Origin: a virus
Reading direction: 5' to 3' (one strand)
Length of the DNA stretch: 35,878 bases
IMG/VR virus record: IMGVR_UViG_3300006840_000056
Location: 1-35,878 of that record
Below, one piece after another: positions 25,356-31,282 of this stretch (position 1 is its first letter; the number at the start of each line of letters is the position of its first letter). The notes below the pieces were generated by a model. It saw only the letters and a program-made list of their open reading frames with translations, did no database searches and had not been told where the DNA came from. The position numbers and the translations under genes were made by a program.

Positions 25356-25924
25356 GCAAAAATGAACTCCTTAAATGGTGTACAGTCTTTTGCCAGTACA
25401 TAGGTGGCAGGTTCTTTTAATTTCATATCCCCGCCGTCTATGCCGTACTTCCAAAAATTATTTACATTGTAAAAGCCAACTACTATTGCTTGTAAGGGCT
25501 TGTCTGTTTCGTCATCGTGATCTATTTTAACAAACAAGTACCTATCTATACCTTTTTGTAGGTGCTTTTCCCTTTTGTTATTCTGCACCAGTAACCTGCT
25601 TTTAGGATATACTGTGTGCCAACCTTTGCCCAACGGGCTACCCTTAACATCTATCTTTTCATAACGCCACTCAAAATCATATTTGTCGCTTCGTATGTTC
25701 TCGTCAAATATAGGACTGTCCTCTGGCTCAAAACCCCATTTCCTCATCTGCCAAACTACTGCTTGTTGTGCTATTGAACCGGTTATACCTTGATTTTCTA
25801 CTAACACATTCTGCTCACCGTGTTGCTTTATTAACAAGTCTTGGTGTTCCTGTGCCAACTCAATCATTTCATCAGTAATAGGTATAAAGGTTAGGTTTTC
25901 TTGGAACTTATATTCTGCTTTCAA
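25352..25924 (-). CDS. hypothetical protein, possible PD-(D/E)xK-fold nuclease
   Basis: YDFEWRYEKIDVKGS resembles a D...(D/E)-x-K core. TTG start; the start is uncertain. Confidence 0.4.
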   Translation of the reverse strand: MKAEYKFQENLTFIPITDEMIELAQEHQDLLIKQHGEQNVLVENQGITGSIAQQAVVWQMRKWGFEPEDSPIFDENIRSDKYDFEWRYEKIDVKGSPLGKGWHTVYPKSRLLVQNNKREKHLQKGIDRYLFVKIDHDDETDKPLQAIVVGFYNVNNFWKYGIDGGDMKLKEPATYVLAKDCTPFKEFIFA

Positions 25925-26402
25925 TGTATTTTTCTAACTGGTCTCTGGTAATTTTAATGGTTACCCCACTTGCCGTGTAGTTAGCCCTTTCCGCCAAAGA
26001 ATTACTATTTTCATAAATATAGCAAACTAAATCGTCGTAACTTATTTTTAATGGCTCTGGATCGTCCTCTGCCTTGCCTATTAAATACTTATTACATATT
26101 TTGTGCCAACTTATATCTTTACCTTCCGGTAGCATTTCTAAATCCGGATACATTCTTACAAACTGTAAAATCCTGTAGATGCTACGCTTACTTTTCTTAA
26201 TATCTTGTGACACTTGTGACAAATATTCTGGCTTGTCCAAACCGTAGTCTATTATCTGTTTGCCAAGTTCGTGGTATCCCTCAACTAACGACAACCTTGC
26301 ACGAGTTTCAGTTTCCACAACTATAGCCCGTAAATCCTCAACCATTTCTTCGTAGTTTTCTAACTGTCTTGGGTTTTTTATTTCAGTTAGGTCTGTGTTC
26401 AT
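25908..26402 (-). CDS. hypothetical protein, possible DNA-binding (DUF1016 N-terminal-like)
   Basis: LVEGYHELGKQI...KSKRSIYRILQFVRMYPDL is reminiscent of YhcG N-terminal domains. Weak call. Confidence 0.35.
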   Translation of the reverse strand: MNTDLTEIKNPRQLENYEEMVEDLRAIVVETETRARLSLVEGYHELGKQIIDYGLDKPEYLSQVSQDIKKSKRSIYRILQFVRMYPDLEMLPEGKDISWHKICNKYLIGKAEDDPEPLKISYDDLVCYIYENSNSLAERANYTASGVTIKITRDQLEKYIESRI

Positions 26403-26625
26403 AGGTAACCCTAACTTTCTTTACCCCGCCTAACAAAGCCAAAGGTAAAAATACTAAACCAAGTGCTATGCCCTTACCAGCACTATACTTTTTTAGTTCT
26501 TCTTCCTCTACTGGGTAATAACCACTTTTTGCCAACTTTTTTTCTTCCAACTTTCTACCATAGGGGTTACTTACATTGTAGGTTTTAATAATTCTATGTG
26601 GTTTTGTTTCTGTTAGTAAAGTCAT
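26383..26625 (-). CDS. small membrane protein
   Basis: C-terminal hydrophobic segment GIALGLVFLPLALLGG. The first ATG is at 26625 with no clear SD. The track's TTG 26649 lies inside a hairpin. Confidence 0.45.
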   Translation of the reverse strand: MTLLTETKPHRIIKTYNVSNPYGRKLEEKKLAKSGYYPVEEEELKKYSAGKGIALGLVFLPLALLGGVKKVRVTYEHRPN

Positions 26626-26705
26626 ATACAAGTAACTGGCTACCGCCAATCGTGGGGTAAACGGTAGCCAGTTAACTGTTTGTGTGTTTAGTTAATACTA
26701 TACAC

Positions 26706-27110
26706 CTAACTATGTTTTATTGCAAGTAATTTTTCTTTTAATTCTTTTCTGTGAAGTCTTTCCTCATCTGTTAGAGGTGTATTATTACCCCTATTCGCAT
26801 TTATCCTGTTTTGAAAATGTAATGCTAGTTCACCCTGTGGTTTTTTTACAATTAAATATGGGTTTATTTCTTTTAGGAAAGTACCCGCTTTTGCGTCAGC
26901 CAACTTCCAAACGTACGCCTGTGTATGCCTATCACTTCTTTTTATTAATGGCGTAACATAACCACCAAACCTTTTTTTGAAACACATCAACACGTACTTA
27001 TTAGTGTTACTTACCTGCACATTCAATCTGTAATTATTATTACCTTTTGTGTGTACTATTGATATACAGCCCTCGCCATCAAAAAACCCCGCAAAATATC
27101 TTATATCCAT
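26706..27110 (-). CDS. LAGLIDADG homing endonuclease (single-motif, I-CreI-type)
   Basis: MDIRYFAGFFDGEGCISIV contains the LAGLIDADG motif with the acidic residue. The size (134 aa) fits homodimeric enzymes. No SD; it is preceded by a strong terminator. Confidence 0.8.
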   Translation of the reverse strand: MDIRYFAGFFDGEGCISIVHTKGNNNYRLNVQVSNTNKYVLMCFKKRFGGYVTPLIKRSDRHTQAYVWKLADAKAGTFLKEINPYLIVKKPQGELALHFQNRINANRGNNTPLTDEERLHRKELKEKLLAIKHS

Positions 27111-27149
27111 AAACGGATATTATTCTCAAGTATAATTAACATTAACAGA

Positions 27150-27186
27150 AACTAAAAAACAAAAAGACCTCCGCGAAGAAGTCTTT
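27150..27186 (-). terminator. rho-independent terminator
   Basis: Minus strand AAAGACTTC-TTCGCG-GAGGTCTTT (9 bp including one G-U) followed by TTGTTTTTTAG. Confidence 0.75.
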
Positions 27187-27238
27187 TGTATTGAACAGAG
27201 TTTGTCAATATTGTCATTATACAACAACGCCGAAAATA

Positions 27239-27406
27239 TTACAATAGTTTTCCGTCAAACATCACAATGGCATCTCCATAAACATTTGCCTCGCTACGAC
27301 TACTTGGTTGCACGTTTTTAATCATATATTCTTGTATAGCTTTTATTCTCTCGTTTTTATCTTTTATGTTAAATATTTGTTTTATGATCCTTTGTTTTTC
27401 TGTCAT
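27239..27406 (-). CDS. hypothetical small protein (55 aa)
   Basis: Own translation: MTEKQRIIKQIFNIKDKNERIKAIQEYMIKNVQPSSRSEANVYGDAIVMFDGKLL. SD AGAAAGGAAC. The N-terminus resembles that of 22510..22707 (MTEK...II/K.Q). Confidence 0.5.
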   Translation of the reverse strand: MTEKQRIIKQIFNIKDKNERIKAIQEYMIKNVQPSSRSEANVYGDAIVMFDGKLL

Positions 27407-27422
27407 TTTTGTTCCTTTCTAT

Positions 27423-27455
27423 TTCTCGGTTTTCTTACCCTTTTATGACCGAGAA
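27423..27455 (-). promoter_or_regulatory. conserved stem-loop, copy A (8-bp stem, 17-nt loop)
   Basis: Minus strand TTCTCGGT-CATAAAAGGGTAAGAAA-ACCGAGAA. 16/17 loop positions are identical to copy B. The T-A pair here is C-G in copy B. Confidence 0.6.
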
Positions 27456-27459
27456 TCCC

Positions 27460-27840
27460 TGCTGAACTTTTATTATCCGAGTTTAGCCAATGCCCTCAAG
27501 GGTACAGGGACATTGTTATTAGTAAGTACACTACATTAACTTAATACATAGGACTATAAGAGCCGTAAAACAGGAAGAATCCTGCTTAATCTTTTGTATT
27601 GTTGGTCGGTTGATTCCGCAATACTGCACCTTGTCACCACAAGAAACTACTCTTGGTCTATTTCCCCAAGTTAGAAGAAGCGTCAGCGTGACGGGACACT
27701 GATATTCGCTATACTTTTTTCGGTCAACACAGGACCATCGTGTCGCCGGGTACTTATTAGCCACCATTTTATAGTCTTTTTGTTTGACTGCGGTCTGGCT
27801 ACAGCGTACCAGCTTTCAGGTAACCGTATTTCTTAATATT
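27460..27840 (-). ncRNA. candidate structured non-coding RNA/DNA element (function unknown)
   Basis: No credible ORF. The segment is visibly richer in G/C than its flanks. It has many short hairpins: CGTCA-gcg-TGACG, CTTGG-n9-CCAAG, CTTGT-ggtg-ACAAG, CAGGA-ttct-TCCTG, and CGGT...CTGG..CCAG..ACCG. Strand assigned by context only. Confidence 0.25.
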
Positions 27841-27842
27841 CC

Positions 27843-27892
27843 ATAAACAAAAATAACCCCGCAAGGTACTGCCCAGCCCTTGTAGGGTTATT
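27843..27892 (-). terminator. rho-independent terminator (long interrupted hairpin)
   Basis: Minus strand AATAACCC-ta-CAAGG-n11-CCTTG-cg-GGGTTATT followed by TTTGTTTAT. Confidence 0.6.
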
Positions 27893-27898
27893 TCTGCC

Positions 27899-27923
27899 AA
27901 CAAAAAAACCACTTAAAAAGTGG
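27899..27923 (-). terminator. rho-independent terminator (short stem, T7 tract)
   Basis: Minus strand CCACTT-TTT-AAGTGG followed by TTTTTTTGTTGG. Confidence 0.55.
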
Positions 27924-27957
27924 CTATTGCAATGGCTATTTGTTTTTGTTATAATTA

Positions 27958-27984
27958 TGTTAGTCATAAGAGTGTTAGTCATAA
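27958..27984. repeat. 12-nt direct repeat x2 (TGTTAGTCATAA, 15-nt period) next to a 7-bp palindrome (ATTCTTG-ttc-CAAGAAT, 27986..28002)
   Basis: Read directly at 27958..27969 and 27973..27984. Confidence 0.7.
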
Positions 27985-28030
27985 CATTCTTGTTCCAAGA
28001 ATAGGTAACTGCAACAAACTAATTATAAAC

Positions 28031-28057
28031 GAACCCCAAACATTTTGCAAGGGGTTC
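28031..28057 (-). terminator. terminator-like hairpin (T-rich on both sides, possibly bidirectional)
   Basis: GAACCCC-n13-GGGGTTC (7-bp G/C-rich stem), flanked by gtttaattt (plus strand) and GTTTATAATT (minus strand). Confidence 0.5.
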
Positions 28058-28195
28058 GTTTAATTTACCTTTAGCCACGATATAATCAGTAGGTTAATCA
28101 TCAATCAGCGAACCACGTTAGTTGTTATGGCTGTTGCTTTAGCAAACCAATTATATCGTCGCTAAAAGTAAAAAGGGATAGTTGGTTGGCGTTGC

Positions 28196-28282
28196 CTACC
28201 CCTTTTTTCCAGTACGTCTAATACGCCTCATTAACCGTTTACGGCGTCTGGTTTCAGTCTTCGGTATCTTCGTAGGTTTCAT
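28196..28282 (-). CDS. 28-aa arginine-rich peptide (hypothetical)
   Basis: Codon-by-codon translation: MKPTKIPKTETRRRKRLMRRIRRTGKKG (14 of 28 residues are K/R). SD AGAGGT lies 5 nt upstream of ATG 28282. It overlaps the 3' end of the Cys-rich ORF in another frame. Confidence 0.3.
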   Translation of the reverse strand: MKPTKIPKTETRRRKRLMRRIRRTGKKG

Positions 28283-28415
28283 TTTTAACCTCTGGTATTT
28301 CCGAAGTGCAAACAGTATGTCCCTCGCATTGATGCTCACAAACGAACTTAATATATTTTGCTCGTTGGTCTGTGCAACATACCTCACCGCAACTACAAAT
28401 TGCTATGTATTTCAT
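28254..28415 (-). CDS. 53-aa cysteine-rich mini-protein (hypothetical)
   Basis: Codon-by-codon translation: MKYIAICSCGEVCCTDQRAKYIKFVCEHQCEGHTVCTSEIPEVKNETYEDTED (8 Cys, 2 His). GAGGTG lies 5 nt upstream of ATG 28415, directly after the upstream stop. Confidence 0.5.
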   Translation of the reverse strand: MKYIAICSCGEVCCTDQRAKYIKFVCEHQCEGHTVCTSEIPEVKNETYEDTED

Positions 28416-28426
28416 AACACACCTCA

Positions 28427-29272
28427 CTAGTAATCGTTCTTTTTCATTTCGTAGAAGTGACGCCAGTCATACTTTACGCCAACCAAACCTTTGTCATTAA
28501 CTTCTACCTCAACCACCAAACCCGACACGTTAGGCATTAAACCTTTACGTACCAAATAAGGTGTCTGTGCTTGGAACGCCCCAATAGATACGCCCTCTAC
28601 ATTTCGGTAAGCGGGTATCATTGCGTTTACGTGCCAATGTCCTACAAACATTAGGTGCGGTTTTGCTTCTGGTGAAAGTTGTTCAATGATTTTTTGCACT
28701 TTATACGAACGGGCATACGCCACACCCCCGTCCGAGTGCATAATTGCCACACGTATTGTGTCAAGGTTAATGTAAGCAAGATAATCACCGATGTATTCCA
28801 TATCGTCCCGTTCGGCACAAATAGCTTCAACTACATTGTAGCCACTCGTTTTATAGAACGATTCATCGTGATTGCCCATAATTACAAGTGTTTTAATACC
28901 TGTAACGTGTGGGTAATTGTCTACACAATATCGTTTCTGGGCTGTAGCCCCGTGTGTGTGCAGTTCGTACTCCATACCACGATATATTTTTTCACCGTCA
29001 ATCAAATCACCGCAATGCAAAACTGTGTCCACACCCTTGCGTTTACAATACTTGTAGAACGTATACAGGTGGGTTAATTGTTGGTACTTGCTACCCAAGT
29101 GGGTGCAACTAACAACACCAAAACGATACTTGCGTCCTGACATTTGCCGTATATCTGGTTTGAATGTCTTGCCAGAAGCAGTAGGTGGAACTCGTGAAAC
29201 GAAGTAGCCCCGTTTCTTTAGTTCCTCAATCAAGGTAACATTTGTTGCTTTTTCAATGTTCTGGGCAGTCAT
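28427..29272 (-). CDS. SbcD/Mre11-like calcineurin-fold metallophosphoesterase
   Basis: Motifs in order: VVSCTHLG (compare SDWHLG), HCGDLIDG, VIMGNHDESF, IMHSDGG, FVGHWH. Strong SD AAAAGGAGGGAACGATG. It is the first gene after the 330-nt intergenic region. Confidence 0.8.
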   Translation of the reverse strand: MTAQNIEKATNVTLIEELKKRGYFVSRVPPTASGKTFKPDIRQMSGRKYRFGVVSCTHLGSKYQQLTHLYTFYKYCKRKGVDTVLHCGDLIDGEKIYRGMEYELHTHGATAQKRYCVDNYPHVTGIKTLVIMGNHDESFYKTSGYNVVEAICAERDDMEYIGDYLAYINLDTIRVAIMHSDGGVAYARSYKVQKIIEQLSPEAKPHLMFVGHWHVNAMIPAYRNVEGVSIGAFQAQTPYLVRKGLMPNVSGLVVEVEVNDKGLVGVKYDWRHFYEMKKNDY

Positions 29273-29447
29273 CGTTCCCTCCTTTTAGGAACAAAAAAAA
29301 CACCGTCAAAATTGTACAGCGTTTTATAAAAATGATTTTTCATTTTTGGACATTAAAATAATTATACTACTCATATTATATTTTTTATATAACTTACTCC
29401 CCTACCCCACTCCCCTATTTAATACATAATTTCCGTTTTTTGTTGAT

Positions 29448-29522
29448 GTGTCGGGGCTAATTATTTCCCGCACGGGAATTAGAGGGCGTTATTTGTATAA
29501 CATTTCCGTTTAACGCCGACAC
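29448..29522. promoter_or_regulatory. nested inverted-repeat structure in the lysis/early intergenic region
   Basis: GTGTCGG (29448..54) pairs with CCGACAC (29516..22). This encloses TTCCCG-ca-CGGGAA (29465..78) and GGCGTTA-n17-TAACGCC (29485..29517). A further ATAACGCC/GGCGTTAT pair lies at 29551..58 and 29589..96. ATTTCCGTTT occurs twice. Confidence 0.5.
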
Positions 29523-29600
29523 TACGGTGTAAACACTCCTTTTACTAAAAATAACGCCTCAAACAACGGTGGGGTAGTGGTGTTTTTTGGCGTTATTACA

Positions 29601-29813
29601 CTACTTTATTCTTGTAATTGGTTCTGATGCTTTAGTTCTCAATAATATATTACCCAACCCACTTATTAAAGCCACTATTTGTAATACGGTTTCATTAGCT
29701 TCAAAGTCTTCAAAACCAAATGCAGATGCTACTGCTATTACTAATGCAAGTATATTAAACCAAAATGTTTTTGATTTAAGTAACGCCTTACCATTTATTT
29801 TCTTTTTTGCCAT
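29601..29813 (-). CDS. holin-like membrane protein (70 aa, two hydrophobic segments)
   Basis: MAKKKINGKALLKSKTFWFNILALVIAVASAFGF...VLQIVALISGLGNILLR. Start at ATG 29813 (TAATG overlap with the endolysin stop, SD AAAGGCGGTGAAG). The longer track version is rejected. Confidence 0.65.
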   Translation of the reverse strand: MAKKKINGKALLKSKTFWFNILALVIAVASAFGFEDFEANETVLQIVALISGLGNILLRTKASEPITRIK

Positions 29814-30772
29814 TATTTCTTCACCGCCTTTAGTATGCTTTCCAACCAAGCACGGAAAGCTGAAACAAGTAACTCAATACTTTGCTGTATTGTGTAGTCA
29901 GCTTGGTCTAATAATTGTTGGTTCAATTCCTCAACTTTTGTTTCCAGCTTGGTAACCTTATTTGTTAATGTAGTATTCTTGGCAGTTAGTTTGTCACACG
30001 TGTCATTCAACTTTAATATTGCCTTATCCTTTTCTTCCAGTATTATATTATTGGCTTCCCTATACCTTGCAAAACTGTCGTTTAGTTCGTCATATTTATC
30101 TTCGGCTTTGTTAGCTCTGGTCTTTTCAATAAACCACTCGTAAACATACCAACCTACCGTATGGCGTTTGCCCTCTGCGTCGTCCCAGTTGATTTTAATG
30201 TCTTTTAGGTTGCTGGGTACTACCTTGCCTATTAAAATACAATAATCAATCAATGTACGTCTTAAACTGGGTCTAAACCACCCCAGATACGATTTAAGCG
30301 ATTTAATTGTGCCACCCAATGGGTCAACTATTGTAATGTCATTCTCGTCTGCTGGGTTATACCCAACTGCCAAAACCCAATGCTGGTCGTCTGCACCTGT
30401 CTTGGGGTTATAATCAATATGTAAAATGACGGGGTAACCGTCATCAAGTGCGTTTTTTATTTGTTTAATATGGTCGTCTGTGGCGGGGTAAATATCACCA
30501 ACCCTAACCAATGCTTCCTTCATTTTATCGGTTATTTTTTCTACCGAGTGCCATACATAATTACCGCCACCTGCAAAACCACCTACCTTTTTTAGTTTAT
30601 TGTTCAAGTCTTCTGGGTCGGTATTATAACCGTAATAACATAGCCCCATTGCTAAACAGGATAACAAACAACCATAGTTCTTTATGTTGTACTTGGGATC
30701 AGTATTAAAACCTAACAAGATATTAGCCCAACGGCTATCCTGTTGACTGATTAATTTTGGTAATGTAATCAT
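29813..30772 (-). CDS. endolysin: C39-like/papain-fold cysteine peptidase with a C-terminal coiled coil
   Basis: QQDSRW...NYGCLLSCLAMGL (catalytic Cys context), DQHWVLAVGY (His), ITIVDPLGG (Asp). The C-terminal ~110 aa has heptad-like repeats (LTAKNTTLTNKVTKLETKVEELNQQLL). It lies between holin-like genes. Confidence 0.65.
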   Translation of the reverse strand: MITLPKLISQQDSRWANILLGFNTDPKYNIKNYGCLLSCLAMGLCYYGYNTDPEDLNNKLKKVGGFAGGGNYVWHSVEKITDKMKEALVRVGDIYPATDDHIKQIKNALDDGYPVILHIDYNPKTGADDQHWVLAVGYNPADENDITIVDPLGGTIKSLKSYLGWFRPSLRRTLIDYCILIGKVVPSNLKDIKINWDDAEGKRHTVGWYVYEWFIEKTRANKAEDKYDELNDSFARYREANNIILEEKDKAILKLNDTCDKLTAKNTTLTNKVTKLETKVEELNQQLLDQADYTIQQSIELLVSAFRAWLESILKAVKK

Positions 30773-30785
30773 ATAATATATTATA

Positions 30786-31049
30786 TCACTTATTAGATTT
30801 GTCTTTTAATAGAGAGTGAAAATGTATTCCAGCCCACAACACTACTGCAGGAGTCAATACAAAACTATTGGTAATATCCCTATCAACCGCACCAAACCTA
30901 AACAAAGCATTTGCAGTAAAAAGTCCAAATGCCATTAAAATATCCCCTATAAATAAATCGTTAGTGAACTTTCTTTTAACAATACCTTTTAGTGATGACA
31001 GTATAACTATGGCATAACACACTAACCTAATGTATTCCAATATTATCAT
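30786..31049 (-). CDS. holin-like membrane protein (87 aa, three hydrophobic segments)
   Basis: YIRLVCYAIVILSSL, ILMAFGLFTANALF and FVLTPAVVLWAGIHF, with a charged C-terminus KDKSNK. Confidence 0.55.
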   Translation of the reverse strand: MIILEYIRLVCYAIVILSSLKGIVKRKFTNDLFIGDILMAFGLFTANALFRFGAVDRDITNSFVLTPAVVLWAGIHFHSLLKDKSNK

Positions 31050-31282
31050 TTTCTGGTTACCCCCAAATATGTGGCTATTGCACCAACTATAGTAGAAAAT
31101 ACGGCTTGAAATACTGCAAGGTTAGACACCCTTTCAGTAGTAGCAACCTGTTTATTTTCTACCTCGTCTAACTTTTTACAATAAGTATCAGTAGCCTTTT
31201 CTAACTTGGAAATCGTAGCACTTATATTCTTTATTTCGTTTTTAATTACGGCTATGTCGGTTGCCAAGTCTTTTTGTGTCAT
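31046..31282 (-). CDS. xhlA: XhlA-like lysis-associated protein (coiled coil plus C-terminal TM)
   Basis: The architecture matches PBSX XhlA: an N-terminal coiled coil (IAVIKNEIKNISATISKLEKATD...) and a C-terminal TM (LAVFQAVFSTIVGAIATYLG). Confidence 0.55.
   Translation of the reverse strand: MTQKDLATDIAVIKNEIKNISATISKLEKATDTYCKKLDEVENKQVATTERVSNLAVFQAVFSTIVGAIATYLGVTRK

Noticed and set aside
25869-25875. CUGAUGA (hammerhead core-like) on the minus strand
   Set aside because: It lies within the coding sequence (ACT GAT GAA ATG). There is no nearby GAAA/stem arrangement that would complete a hammerhead.
27531-27767. 78-aa minus-strand ORF (MVANKYPATRWSCVDRKKY...)
   Set aside because: It has no SD, and its Cys/Trp/Arg-rich composition is unlike the Lys/Glu-rich proteome. 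It lies wholly within the hairpin-dense, relatively G/C-rich segment, so it is more likely a chance ORF in structured non-coding sequence.
28182-28430. 82-aa plus-strand ORF, and the full-length 63-aa minus ORF 28196..28387
   Set aside because: The plus ORF is antisense to a better-supported Cys-rich ORF with a proper SD. The ATG of the 63-aa version abuts its only SD-like sequence with no spacing. Only its C-terminal 28 codons, which have their own SD, were kept as a low-confidence call.
29448-29522. 75-nt element with a 7-bp terminal helix that superficially resembles a tRNA acceptor stem
   Set aside because: The internal arms do not fit a cloverleaf. There is no 7-nt T-loop (TTCRANY) adjacent to the 3' acceptor strand, no D-arm, and the arm lengths are wrong. 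It is treated as a regulatory or structural DNA/RNA palindrome instead.
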